Below are positions 10,211 through 20,197 of a stretch of 64,000 nt of DNA, piece by piece; position 1 is the first letter of the stretch; each line of letters begins with the position of its first letter. The position numbers were made by a program, and so were the translations under genes. The stretch comes from a virus: the IMG/VR virus record IMGVR_UViG_3300042387_002391; one strand, given 5' to 3'. The notes below the pieces were generated by a model. That model was not told where the DNA came from. It worked only from the letters and a program-made list of their open reading frames with translations, and did not search any database.

Positions 10211-10611
10211 GCAAAATCCTCCAATTTGAAAAACTCTCTTTTGTTTTGCATCTGCTTAACTTTTTCTTCAGGCACGCCATGGAGATTCTGAAATTGCGTC
10301 GTAAGATGAATTATCTCCACTTCATAACCATAAGTTTTTGCAAGATCAATATAAGGACGGGCTTCTTTCTTTGTTAAAGTGGTGTTGCTGATGATTAAAT
10401 CTTGCTTGAGTCTCATAACAGATTCTGCATAGTCTTGGCACTTTTTATGACAATAATAAAGCTTTTTTGGATCAAAGTTATAATTACCTTGTTCGTCTTT
10501 CATCCACTGATCTGCTTCAAAGTTATAACGAATGCCTCGTTCCTTCATCAACTCTTGCGCTCGAGTCGATTTTCCTGCACCTGCTGGGCCTGTTATCAAA
10601 ATTAGCTTCAT
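10207..10611 (-). CDS. P-loop kinase (AAA_33/polynucleotide kinase-like)
   Basis: GPAGAGKS Walker A, FEADQW, SNT, HGVP. Confidence 0.85.
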   Translation of the reverse strand: MKLILITGPAGAGKSTRAQELMKERGIRYNFEADQWMKDEQGNYNFDPKKLYYCHKKCQDYAESVMRLKQDLIISNTTLTKKEARPYIDLAKTYGYEVEIIHLTTQFQNLHGVPEEKVKQMQNKREFFKLEDFA

Positions 10612-10970
10612 TACTCATAAGCATCCCTCAAAGACGAGAGCAAGATCAACAAATTTGTTGCTCCCATTTTTGATGTGAACTTATTTTCATTCTTAGCATC
10701 TAGGATAGCATCAATTCCGTCATTTGCATATTTTTTAGTGAATGCTTTAACGTCTGCTTCAATGCCAGCATAAATCTTGTCTGCTTGATCGTCAGCAGTA
10801 TTCGAATCTTGAACGATTAGACCACTTTCATATGCACTGCGAAACTCTTCAAAATAATAATCTTCTCTCTGCGTCGAATATTCTTCGATGTCATCATAGA
10901 TCATTTGGAAAACGTCTTGGACTGTTGCAGTCTTTGAGTTTGCAAGCTTTATTGCTTTTTTAATGTCCAT
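10611..10970 (-). CDS. Hypothetical protein
   Basis: ORF in gene string; start taken at MDIKK. Confidence 0.6.
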   Translation of the reverse strand: MDIKKAIKLANSKTATVQDVFQMIYDDIEEYSTQREDYYFEEFRSAYESGLIVQDSNTADDQADKIYAGIEADVKAFTKKYANDGIDAILDAKNENKFTSKMGATNLLILLSSLRDAYE

Positions 10971-11046
10971 TTTAATTTCCACGCAAGAGTAATTATCTGC
11001 CGCGGAAGATAACACTAGCGCAAATCAAAAATAAGTTAGCTTTTTC

Positions 11047-11601
11047 TCACCAAACCCAACCACCTTTTGGAACAAACAAATTGCCTCCTTGGTGCTCCTT
11101 CCACTGTTTAACAGGAGTCACGAGATCTTGTTTGAGTCTTTGAGAAGCAAACCGAAGAATGCGCAAATTTGGCCAAGCTTGATAACGAACTTTGATAATT
11201 TCATCCAGAGCCTCTACAGGAGACTTTCCTTGCACAACCCAAGCAATAATTCCTATTGCGGTCGATCTAGAAACACCAGCAAAGCAATTAATGCCAAGAT
11301 TATAAACAAGGCTGGAATTAACCAACGGTTCGATGAAAGAAATAATATTGTTAACATGCTGCTCTTGCGGTCCTTGTTGCTCTATGTTTTTTTGAATATA
11401 AGGTTCGTTGTCTTCATCTGACCAATCATAAAAATACTGAGCAAAATGAGCAATTCCTCTCTTTGCAAAGTTGCCTTTGATCATGCGAATTTTGTTCCGA
11501 TCTTCTTCGTCTACAGCAGAAATCCAAACATTCTCTCGCCCTTCTTTAAAAGAAGCAGAGACGGCCGTAGAAAGATCAGTTATAATGACATTATTAATCA
11601 T
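11047..11601 (-). CDS. Tyrosine/dual-specificity phosphatase-like protein
   Basis: CX5R motif INCFAGVSRSTA. Confidence 0.8.
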   Translation of the reverse strand: MINNVIITDLSTAVSASFKEGRENVWISAVDEEDRNKIRMIKGNFAKRGIAHFAQYFYDWSDEDNEPYIQKNIEQQGPQEQHVNNIISFIEPLVNSSLVYNLGINCFAGVSRSTAIGIIAWVVQGKSPVEALDEIIKVRYQAWPNLRILRFASQRLKQDLVTPVKQWKEHQGGNLFVPKGGWVW

Positions 11602-11602
11602 C

Positions 11603-11803
11603 TCAGAACTTATTCAGAAATTGATTCAGATCCCAACCGTAGACTCCGTGATCTCCACTATCGAGGATTGGACAAGTCTTTCCGCGCATGAAAGTGTCCC
11701 ATTCAGAATGGAGTTCGGAAGGCAAGGCGAGAAGAATTTCGCTTTCTTTGATTGCACTACTTTCTAAAGATAATCGTTTGAGTGTTTTAATCCAGTTGTT
11801 CAT
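11603..11803 (-). CDS. Small hypothetical phage protein
   Basis: FMRGKTCP...GVYGWD; tiles with neighbours. Confidence 0.6.
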   Translation of the reverse strand: MNNWIKTLKRLSLESSAIKESEILLALPSELHSEWDTFMRGKTCPILDSGDHGVYGWDLNQFLNKF

Positions 11804-12047
11804 TTAAAATAAAGATTGCGTTCTCCGTTTCGCTGATAAATATTTGATATTCTGCAATTTTTGCGTGCAATTCAGAAAGTTCTGCAACATAAGGTTTGTT
11901 GTGATCTGTTAGCACCAACATCTTCTTTCCTTCATTGTCTACAATATAACCGTAACCATCACCTTCCCAATTATGGTGCAGAATTGGAAATTTTAAAACA
12001 ATTTCTCCAAATTGCTCTTTAATTTTTTCTTCGAGAAAATTGTTCAT
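11787..12047 (-). CDS. Hypothetical protein
   Basis: Start MNNFLEE forms an ATGA overlap with the upstream stop. Confidence 0.6.
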   Translation of the reverse strand: MNNFLEEKIKEQFGEIVLKFPILHHNWEGDGYGYIVDNEGKKMLVLTDHNKPYVAELSELHAKIAEYQIFISETENAIFILNEQLD

Positions 12048-12688
12048 GCTTTCTTCTCGGATTTTTTCGAATTCAAAAGGCACTCAGAAGATTCTGAAAA
12101 ACTGAAATGGTTGTTTAATTCCTTGTCGTAAGTTTTACGTGCTTTGGTAATCTCTTCATAAGCTTTTTTGAAATTCGTTGAGGTCGGACTCTCTTCAAGA
12201 ACATCAAGAGGATTTTTTCCCTTTTCGCAAGATCCTTCATCCCAAGAACCTAAGATGTTCGGATAACCAGGATATTCATAATCTGAGTCATCTGGTTGCT
12301 TAACAGTAATTGTGTCAAGCGGATTCTTTTCTTGATCATCCCAGGATCCAAGAATGTTTGGATAGGGAGGATAGTATTCCGGAAGATCACAAGAATCGTA
12401 ATAATCAGAGTTAGGAACATTTTTTTCTGTAACAGAAGTCAGTTTTGAAGCTCGACGCGCAATTACTGGATGTTGCGGACAATAAACTTTTGATTCATCC
12501 CAAGGACTCGCAAAAGCAGTTTCAAGATCCGGTTCTGAAAGCATTGTGAGGCTCGGATTATACAAATAGTCAGAAGCTGTTTTCTCCCAAGGTTTTGGAG
12601 ACTCCTTCCATTCTTTTTGAAAGAGTTTAACCTTTAGTTCCTGGACTTGTTGTTCCAGATCTTCAATGCGTTGTTCAAGATACTTCAT
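12044..12688 (-). CDS. Hypothetical protein with internal YPNILGSWD repeats
   Basis: N-terminal coiled coil; two YPxYPNILGSWD..KNPLD copies; promoter at 12702-12730. Confidence 0.65.
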   Translation of the reverse strand: MKYLEQRIEDLEQQVQELKVKLFQKEWKESPKPWEKTASDYLYNPSLTMLSEPDLETAFASPWDESKVYCPQHPVIARRASKLTSVTEKNVPNSDYYDSCDLPEYYPPYPNILGSWDDQEKNPLDTITVKQPDDSDYEYPGYPNILGSWDEGSCEKGKNPLDVLEESPTSTNFKKAYEEITKARKTYDKELNNHFSFSESSECLLNSKKSEKKA

Positions 12689-12701
12689 ACGGATCTCCAA
12701 T

Positions 12702-12730
12702 ATCATAACTCAGCCAAGTGTTCTTGTCAA
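12702..12730 (-). promoter_or_regulatory. Sigma70-type early promoter
   Basis: TTGACA-N17-TATGAT. Confidence 0.65.
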
Positions 12731-12831
12731 CAAGAATTTCTGTTAGGCCTTCTTGTTCGTCTTGAACATAAAAGGAGTATCTTTTGAAAAACCAAAATCC
12801 CCAAGTTTCTTTGAAATAAATCTTCATAATT

Positions 12832-13248
12832 TTAACAAATTGTTCTAAATTTTGTAATGTTATAAAACCAGCCTCTAATCATCGTAAAAATATTTTTGTT
12901 ATCTTCCTTACCAAGTTCATATGCCATGAGAATTGCTCTAGTATAGTATTTTCTCCTGAAATTAGTATCCCATTGTTTAAACACCTCAAGTTGAGATGAA
13001 TTTACAATGTCGTCAACCAGCATCTTGCAGTCATAAGGAAGTTCGCTATAACGCCCTTTCTTAAGGACTGGGTATTTGCGATTCTCTCCCAATAGTATCC
13101 ATCTTCTGTCAACAACAAAGTCAACTTCTGGATCTTCTTCTGCTGTATAAAAGGACGGATAATCCACGAAATTTGTAGAGGTCATACATTCTGATAGCTC
13201 AGAAGTTAGCTTCTTAATTTTTTGTAAATTTTTTTGATGTACACTCAT
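12832..13248 (-). CDS. Hypothetical protein
   Basis: 138 aa ORF. Confidence 0.6.
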   Translation of the reverse strand: MSVHQKNLQKIKKLTSELSECMTSTNFVDYPSFYTAEEDPEVDFVVDRRWILLGENRKYPVLKKGRYSELPYDCKMLVDDIVNSSQLEVFKQWDTNFRRKYYTRAILMAYELGKEDNKNIFTMIRGWFYNITKFRTIC

Positions 13249-13348
13249 TTCAAGTTCAATAGATAGTCTATATGCTTTTGAAGATTAATCAAATCCTCAG
13301 CTGTTTTTAGTCCTTCTATGTTAGGTTGTGTGAGTGATATTAATTTGA

Positions 13349-13966
13349 TCATGTCCAGAAATATTCTCTACGTTTAATAAGTTCGGTTAAAATTTCTGTA
13401 TCTCGTTTTTCGATCTCTTCTTCGATTCTATTAACTTCCTTATATTTCACTTCATAAGGAATGCCGTCGTCTTTCATGTATATTCTGGTTGTTCCGTCTT
13501 CTTGTGGAATGCGCTCGAACATTTCTTCAATTGGTTTAGAAGGAGGATAAGCATTTTGTAGATCAATTTCCAATTGAGGTCTAATTTTAGTTACATATTC
13601 ATAAGCTTCTTCCAGCCATTTTGCAAATTCACTATGTTTTTCTGTTGCTTCCCAATCTACAATATCTGCTTTAAATTCGTCTTCGTAGAATGCTTTAATG
13701 AATTCAAAATTAACAGTCACTACCAATTCGGTAACATCAACCCAAGTACGAGGGATCGCTTTTCTGATCCTTTGGTTTTGTGGTTTGAAGATTGGTTTAA
13801 TTTTATCGTAATATGTCATCTTCCAACTATAAGGAAACAAATCCAAAGCATCCCAAATGCCATATTTTTCAAAAATATAACTCCTTACTTCCCCGAAAAG
13901 AGTTTTATCTTTTTTGGGAAAATCTTTTAAGCAGTGATTTTTAGCCATAAATGTTTCTTCGTTCAT
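13349..13966 (-). CDS. Hypothetical protein, paralog of 55236-55988
   Basis: Shared ELVVxxNF..FY..E...VDW and DTEILxxxIxxRExFWT C-terminus. Confidence 0.7.
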   Translation of the reverse strand: MNEETFMAKNHCLKDFPKKDKTLFGEVRSYIFEKYGIWDALDLFPYSWKMTYYDKIKPIFKPQNQRIRKAIPRTWVDVTELVVTVNFEFIKAFYEDEFKADIVDWEATEKHSEFAKWLEEAYEYVTKIRPQLEIDLQNAYPPSKPIEEMFERIPQEDGTTRIYMKDDGIPYEVKYKEVNRIEEEIEKRDTEILTELIKRREYFWT

Positions 13967-14265
13967 ATTTGTTTTAAAAATGCTTCTTCTTTTTGTTTTT
14001 GTGCTTCAGTCCAAGCTTTTTGTCTTTTTTTAGTTACTTTATCTGCTTTTGGGGTATCTAAAAGTTTCCAAAACGTACCATTAATCATTTTTTGTCTTTG
14101 ATTATCCGTAACAAATTCTCCACAACGATGAGAATAGCTCCAACTATCAGCATTCCCAACTAACTCTGCAATGCCGCTGTGATTACCAGAAATACAGCAC
14201 ATATTGATCTTGTGCAGGAACGCCTCATATTGGGCTACTTTTTGTTTAAGAGTTGGTGTTTTCAT
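13963..14265 (-). CDS. Hypothetical protein
   Basis: 100 aa ORF, NADSWSYSHR motif. Confidence 0.6.
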   Translation of the reverse strand: MKTPTLKQKVAQYEAFLHKINMCCISGNHSGIAELVGNADSWSYSHRCGEFVTDNQRQKMINGTFWKLLDTPKADKVTKKRQKAWTEAQKQKEEAFLKQI

Positions 14266-14617
14266 TTTTGATTAATTCTCCGTTTTCGTCGTATTTGTAA
14301 TCTTTTCCTATAGTACCGACAATTTCTAAAGAGTCAATTGCTATATTGGAAATTTCATAATGCCAATCTACAACCCAACAGCAAAGATCATAACTATATA
14401 TTACCTCTCCGATTATATCAATTCCTTCTAAACCATACGTACCTTTTACTATATCACCCTCATAAACCTCTTTCATGTTCTTGTCAAGGATACCAAGAAA
14501 CTGTTGAGGAACAAGAAGAGAGTCGTCAAACAGTTCGTCTACTGCTCCATTGTAATTGTAATTTGTTATAAAACCTTTTGCAGCATTGCACCAAAATCTG
14601 TATTTGTTTTTGTTCAT
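14246..14617 (-). CDS. YopX family protein
   Basis: KYRFW...QQFLGILDKNMKEVYEGDIV...EIVG. Confidence 0.85.
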   Translation of the reverse strand: MNKNKYRFWCNAAKGFITNYNYNGAVDELFDDSLLVPQQFLGILDKNMKEVYEGDIVKGTYGLEGIDIIGEVIYSYDLCCWVVDWHYEISNIAIDSLEIVGTIGKDYKYDENGELIKNENTNS

Positions 14618-14868
14618 TTATATTTTATTATTCTATAGCCAGAGTTCCTTTAAAAGTTTCAAAACAAGCCATATTCCAATGATTTTTAAAATGTAAAACC
14701 TTGTTATATTGGTTTTTTCTTAGAACGTAACCAATTCTTTTGTCTGTAAAAAGAACAACTAAGTCTTTGCTACCTTTATGATTCCCAATAAAAGGATAAA
14801 TGAATCGATTTCCTTCAATATCTGGTTCTTTGTATTTCATAATCGTATTGATTTTATTTTCGTTCATT

Positions 14869-15756
14869 TTATTTTTTTAAAGCATTTCTAGCAATGTCTT
14901 CCATCTTCTGATATGTCAAAACTGGTGTATCTTCATTAGTTTTTAGAATTTCTGAAAAGGCGTTCTTTGCACTATCTAGCTCCGATTGCAGCTTAATTAT
15001 TTTTATCGTTGCTTCTTCAAGTCGATCTGTAACTTGCTCTAAAATGGAATGTGCCTCGTCGCGTTCTTTTCGGGTATCGTTCCATAAAGCGATTGTCTCG
15101 TCTATTGTTAGCTCCTCTGCTCCCATTGCAACCATTAGTCGATCAAATTGAACTGCTTGCTCGCTACCGATTTCCACAGCTTCTTTTAATTTATCAACCA
15201 ACCCCCTGCGTTCGCGCTGTAAGGCGAGATGTTCGTTCATAAACTCAACACCACGTTGAGTTAGCTTTCCGACCATGTCTACCGCCTCGTCGTGCTGTTT
15301 GTGTAGTAGGACACAGTTATCCCTTGATAGAGCAAGGCAATCCCTCGCGGCATCAGCTTGTTTCTTCAATTTTTTAATCGCTGGTAGAATTTGCTCATGA
15401 ATGCTACTTCCTAAAACAGCACCAATCTCTTCTCCTATTTCTTGGGTTTGTATTTTATTAAATTCAACAAGAGCAGATTCTTTCCAATCTTTTAATTTGT
15501 CTTGCTCATCCAATAAATCATTATTTTCTTCGTCTAACTGCTGAGTCAAAGTTCTCAAGCCACGAAAGTTATAAATCCACTCAGCACATTTTTTCCGTAA
15601 TTCACTGCGCTCTGATTGAAGACGTTCTATTTCAGTTCGACAATCAATAATCAAATCCCTCACATTATCATGAATTGCTAATTCAGGATTCCACACACCA
15701 CCTGACAACAAGTAGTCTTTAATTCTTTCAATTACATTTGTTTTTTGTGTATTCAT
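14869..15756 (-). CDS. Coiled-coil hypothetical protein, apparently mosaic
   Basis: GGVWNPEL...RDLIIDCR N-terminus; ERDEA-type motifs in a GC-richer middle. Confidence 0.65.
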   Translation of the reverse strand: MNTQKTNVIERIKDYLLSGGVWNPELAIHDNVRDLIIDCRTEIERLQSERSELRKKCAEWIYNFRGLRTLTQQLDEENNDLLDEQDKLKDWKESALVEFNKIQTQEIGEEIGAVLGSSIHEQILPAIKKLKKQADAARDCLALSRDNCVLLHKQHDEAVDMVGKLTQRGVEFMNEHLALQRERRGLVDKLKEAVEIGSEQAVQFDRLMVAMGAEELTIDETIALWNDTRKERDEAHSILEQVTDRLEEATIKIIKLQSELDSAKNAFSEILKTNEDTPVLTYQKMEDIARNALKK

Positions 15757-16097
15757 TCATTATCCTTCCACTTTCCAATTATTTTTACAAATTCTTCTGC
15801 TCGGTGTTTTGTGGTTATTTCAATACCTTTATCACGAATCTCCAGTATTTTACATATATACTCATCATAAGAAATATCATCAACCCCTAACAACCATTTT
15901 TCTGCTTTTTTCATTGAGTACTCATCATTGCAATAATCTATTTTAGAAGGATCTAAAATATAATTTAGTTCTCTTTTAACTGGTGTGCGACATTCATAAT
16001 CTTTGTAAAAACTCTGACGAAATACTTGTAATTCCTCAGAAACAAAAATAAAATCACAAATAGCTTTATTAATTTCTTCGTCTGACATTTTATTCAT
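15753..16097 (-). CDS. Hypothetical protein, MTNEQIN family
   Basis: SDEEINKAI...DYCND...AEK...RAEEFVKIIGKW. Confidence 0.65.
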   Translation of the reverse strand: MNKMSDEEINKAICDFIFVSEELQVFRQSFYKDYECRTPVKRELNYILDPSKIDYCNDEYSMKKAEKWLLGVDDISYDEYICKILEIRDKGIEITTKHRAEEFVKIIGKWKDNE

Positions 16098-17087
16098 TAA
16101 TCTTTATTTTTAAAAGTTTCTCCAAAGAAATATCCTAAAATAAATCCCAAACCAACTAAAAGTAATTGAATAATTTCTGGTTCTCCGAATTTCATAAAAT
16201 TTTAATTTTCGTGAACAATAATTTCTTTACATAGATTATAATTCAGCCATGCTTTTGCTCTGAACAATGATTCAAATGCCATATCAGATCCATGTAAATT
16301 CTCAAAATTGCGCCACCAAAATAAAAATTTATACTGCGGAAAATATCTTCTTTTGTTTCTGCTGTCCACAACTTCAATAATGCGTGTCTTCAAGTATTTT
16401 TTCATACTTTATTAAAAACTCTAATTCTGTAATTTTGCTCGTCTTCTAAAAACGATACTTCAAGTTTTTCGATACAAGCATCTGTTAATATTTCTTTATA
16501 AGAATCTTCATCCAATTTTATTGCGGTAAAATGTCTAATTTTATAACCATATGATCTTAATTTTATTAGAATAAGCTCTTTTAAATAAAGAACGCTGGTA
16601 GTTGCTTCTAAAAAAGAAATTTTAAATTCTAAAAAAGTTTGATTGTTTTTCATGTTTTTAGGTTAAACTTTTTCTATACAATTCTTCAATTATCTCAGGA
16701 AGCAATTTTTCTACAACTATACATATCTCATCTCGAAGTTCTTGAGTGTTCTCTTTACCCACGTAAGATTCTAAAGATTCTTTTAGTTTCCTCTTATAAT
16801 AATTTGAATTATCAATTTCTTTGCTGTTCATTTCGAGTTCGATCGTTTGTCATCCTATTATATTCCAATCTTTATCATAAGTTGGATACATCGGTGCTTC
16901 CATTCCTGGTTCGTATCGTAAACTGTCAAGTCTTTCTATTTCTTTCTCCCCTAATTCATTCCAAAATTCCAATACCTTTATGAGTGATTTATAATCAACC
17001 CCGTGTATCATTCTATACCTGTTGGATAATTCATAAAATGCACAAAATACTTCATCTATTTCCGTTTGTGAAGGGATTTCATTCATA

Positions 17088-17540
17088 TTAAGGACTTGTT
17101 GTATCTGGAATTGGATTGCTAGTGCTTAGAGGTTTTTGCCACATTGGATCTCTTCTTATACCAATTTTTGCAAAATCTTCATCAAACTTAGCTTTCTTTT
17201 CTCTCCATTTTTTCTGCATTAGCCATTTTTTCTGTTCATTAATGTCTTGTTTTAAATATTCTTGAAAAGAATTCCAATCTTCTTCTGTTATTCTTGGATC
17301 AACTTCATCAAAGAAGATCATTTCATTTTCGCCTGTAGTTTTCAAAGGAACTGCTTCACTTGGATAGTTATATTTTGCAGTAACTTCAATATTATTAGAA
17401 GCAAGTGTTCTCAAAAAATCATCATATTTTTTAAGAATTAGAAATGAATTACCACCAGCATTCATAAGAGCTTCACCAAGTTGCATGAAGTTTTTTAGAT
17501 ATAGATTCACGTTTTCTTCTTTTGTTAGTATTGGTTTCAT
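17088..17540 (-). CDS. Hypothetical protein
   Basis: 150 aa; DPRITEEDW motif shared with 24931-25785 (DPRMTDEDW). Confidence 0.6.
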   Translation of the reverse strand: MKPILTKEENVNLYLKNFMQLGEALMNAGGNSFLILKKYDDFLRTLASNNIEVTAKYNYPSEAVPLKTTGENEMIFFDEVDPRITEEDWNSFQEYLKQDINEQKKWLMQKKWREKKAKFDEDFAKIGIRRDPMWQKPLSTSNPIPDTTSP

Positions 17541-17541
17541 A

Positions 17542-17856
17542 TTATTCCTCCCATTTTCCGATTGTTTTCATAAATGCTTCTGCGCGTTGTCGAGATGTTT
17601 GATGCCATATTGTACACGATGCCCAGCAACTTTCATGTGGGGAATATGCTAAAAAATCCGAGTAAACACGAACTTGTTCTTTCGTTAATGTCTTCTCCGC
17701 TTCGTGCATTGCGTTGAGGTCTTTGCAGTAGTTTGGGATTCCCTCCTTGTATTGACAAGGACCACCATTTGGTGGTTTTGCAAATGTTTCTTTGTAGGTA
17801 ACGAACTGCCACCCACACGCCTCCGCAATTGCGATGTTGATTTGTTCGTTTGTCAT
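17542..17856 (-). CDS. Hypothetical protein, MTNEQIN family
   Basis: MTNEQINIAIAEACGW...PNYCKDLNAMHEAEK...QRAEAFMKTIGKWEE; ATGA overlap fixes the start. Confidence 0.75.
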   Translation of the reverse strand: MTNEQINIAIAEACGWQFVTYKETFAKPPNGGPCQYKEGIPNYCKDLNAMHEAEKTLTKEQVRVYSDFLAYSPHESCWASCTIWHQTSRQRAEAFMKTIGKWEE

Positions 17857-18107
17857 TTCGCGCCTTCCTTGAGCTTGTCGAGTTCGGCGTCCCAATTTTC
17901 CTGCACGGAGAAAGTTAGGGTAGCGCAAACGACCTGAAGTTCTTGATAAAACTCGTTTCCAACTTTAGCCCGCAACTTACCCATTGACGCCTCGGCTTCC
18001 CACTTCGTAAGTTCGAACCCGAGAGTTATGGGTAATCCGCGAATGCGATTTTCTACTATTGCGTAACCGGCCTGAGAAAAATTCCGAGTTGATTGCCGTT
18101 CACTCAT
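17853..18107 (-). CDS. Hypothetical protein in GC-richer block
   Basis: 84 aa, ends KEGAK with ATGA coupling. Confidence 0.6.
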   Translation of the reverse strand: MSERQSTRNFSQAGYAIVENRIRGLPITLGFELTKWEAEASMGKLRAKVGNEFYQELQVVCATLTFSVQENWDAELDKLKEGAK

Positions 18108-18451
18108 TTCTCGCCCCCCTTGAGCTTGTTGATTTCTACATCTCGATAAACTTGATCAAGTTTGTCGCGGAGCTTGGCGTTCTCTTTCTCTAGTTTACCT
18201 ACATGGAATGCGGAGCAAAGTAATTGTCCGGAGATGCCTGCGATTCGCCCACGCGCCTCAACTAATTCATCTAATGTTTTGTCGAGTTCCTCCTTTTCTT
18301 TAAGATACTTCCCCCGCGCCTCGTCGCGCTCGCTCAACAATCTATTTAGTTCATCTGTAATATCTTGTAAATCTCCAACATCTCCCTTGTTGTTTGGTTT
18401 GTTAATCCATCTGTCCTTGAACTGATCATTAACTAATTCGTATTTACTCAT
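18104..18451 (-). CDS. Coiled-coil hypothetical protein
   Basis: ERDEAR motif; AAGGAGG SD upstream. Confidence 0.65.
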   Translation of the reverse strand: MSKYELVNDQFKDRWINKPNNKGDVGDLQDITDELNRLLSERDEARGKYLKEKEELDKTLDELVEARGRIAGISGQLLCSAFHVGKLEKENAKLRDKLDQVYRDVEINKLKGGEK

Positions 18452-18483
18452 TTCGCGCCCTCCTTGATTTGTTCGTTTGTCAT
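18448..18483 (-). CDS. 11-aa leaderless mini-ORF MTNEQIKEGAK
   Basis: ATG 7 nt after TAATAT; TGA overlaps the next ATG. Confidence 0.5.
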   Translation of the reverse strand: MTNEQIKEGAK

Positions 18484-18490
18484 GGTTTAG

Positions 18491-18519
18491 ATATTAGAGA
18501 TTATTTGAGGGAACGTCAA
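18491..18519 (-). promoter_or_regulatory. Sigma70-type leaderless promoter
   Basis: TTGACG-N17-TAATAT-N7-ATG. Confidence 0.75.
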
Positions 18520-19028
18520 GATTTTTCTTAGCAAAAGCCATAGTAGAACCATCAGAATGTTTTACTAAAAATTTTCCGTTCTTGCATTGCTTCTGTACAG
18601 TACAAACCTGTCCAATATATTTTCTATATTCTTTAGTCATATATAAATCATTATTTCGATTAACAATAACGTCTTGTTGTTCTGTGATAATTTTTTCCAT
18701 TTTGCTTATCTAAGCCAATCAGAAATATCCCAATAACTTTCAAAACCTATAAAATATTCTCCTCTGTTCCAAAATTGAAATCGTAAACAACCAACCATAA
18801 TAATAAAACAACATCCATTTAATTTTGGCGAAAGTATCTCAAACCCTAGTCCAAAACTTCTAACAATCTTAAATGTGAATTTATACGTCTTTATCATGTT
18901 TTCATTTTTCCTTAATAAACCAACGATACCCCCAAACAAATAACCAAAAAAGAGTCACTACATACATCCAATGATTTTGAGTTACGCTTGTAGCAATGTA
19001 ACATAAAATCATTATAGCAAAAGCAGAA

Positions 19029-19463
19029 TCAGAGTTTTTCATAGTTTTGTTGTTCATTTTTATTCAAAAACTGACAATCACTCAACCAACAATCACAAAC
19101 CAAACATTCTCCATTATGATCTGGATTACAAGGCAATTGAAAAATATTACCAACTACTTCAAAGTATTTCATGTAGTCCATCAAATCTTCAAAAGTTTCA
19201 AAAGCATTCTTACTTCTAACTCCAAATGATGCCCTGTCTTCAAGCCATATAACTTCCCCAAAGAAGTCTACATTTCCAGTATAGCCAAATCTTACTCTGT
19301 CACCTTCATAGATTGGTTTTTTGTTTTTGTCGTAGAGTTCGGTAAATTGCTGAACGATGTACTTCTCATCTTCAAACAAATCAGTATATGAACATTCTTT
19401 GACATCAATCCAATTTAATTTTGTATCGTCCCATGCTCTAAATTTTAGTTCTCTGTTATTCAT
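19029..19463 (-). CDS. YopX family protein
   Basis: RELKFRAWD...QQFTELYDKNKKPIYEGD...EVVGNIF. Confidence 0.9.
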   Translation of the reverse strand: MNNRELKFRAWDDTKLNWIDVKECSYTDLFEDEKYIVQQFTELYDKNKKPIYEGDRVRFGYTGNVDFFGEVIWLEDRASFGVRSKNAFETFEDLMDYMKYFEVVGNIFQLPCNPDHNGECLVCDCWLSDCQFLNKNEQQNYEKL

Positions 19464-19897
19464 TTTTTTAAAAGTTCACTATGTTCGAAGATGTTTCCAA
19501 TTACTTCATAACTATAAGAAAGATATCGAAAATCATCCATATCATCATAACCTTTATAAGCAATTAGAAAAGCAGCTTCCACTTCCCACCAAATTACCTG
19601 TCCTACCTCTAACCCGCCATCAATTGTTTTATAATCTATTTTCCCATCCTTAACATAAGGACGAGTAAAACTTCTTTGAACATTGACTATATCACCTTCA
19701 TATATTTCTTTTCCATTTTTATCTTTCAATCCAGTGCATTGCTGAAAAACTACATCCTCAAATTTAGCAACATCATAATAATTTGCTTCTCCTTGACAAT
19801 CATAACCAATGTTATCTAACTCAAAATCAATGCTTCTCAAATCCACAAAACGTTTTTCCATTTTGTGCCAGACTCTATAATTTGGAATTTTATTCAT
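19460..19897 (-). CDS. YopX family protein
   Basis: YRVW...QQCTGLKDKNGKEIYEGDIV...EVIGNIFEH. Confidence 0.9.
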   Translation of the reverse strand: MNKIPNYRVWHKMEKRFVDLRSIDFELDNIGYDCQGEANYYDVAKFEDVVFQQCTGLKDKNGKEIYEGDIVNVQRSFTRPYVKDGKIDYKTIDGGLEVGQVIWWEVEAAFLIAYKGYDDMDDFRYLSYSYEVIGNIFEHSELLKK

Positions 19898-20192
19898 GAG
19901 GAAATAATGTTTCTATGCCATTTTCCATAGCGTTTTTTATTTGTTGCCATTTCTTTCTATCTTCATTTATTAGGTCTTTTTGTGTTTGCTCAATTTCTTC
20001 TCGCTTTCTGTCCCACACTTTATGTTGTTCCCACCAATCTTTAATATACTCTGGTATTGGAGAATTTTCTTCTTCTAATTTGGTTAAACATTCACAAGCA
20101 AACCTCGTGGTTAGATCAAGCTCAAGTGATATATCGTGTACATCATCTTTTAATTTTAATTCTAAATCGGAATATCCACTATGGCATGGCAT
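19890..20192 (-). CDS. Hypothetical protein
   Basis: MPCHSGY...WWEQHK. Confidence 0.6.
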   Translation of the reverse strand: MPCHSGYSDLELKLKDDVHDISLELDLTTRFACECLTKLEEENSPIPEYIKDWWEQHKVWDRKREEIEQTQKDLINEDRKKWQQIKNAMENGIETLFPHE

Positions 20193-20197
20193 AAGTT

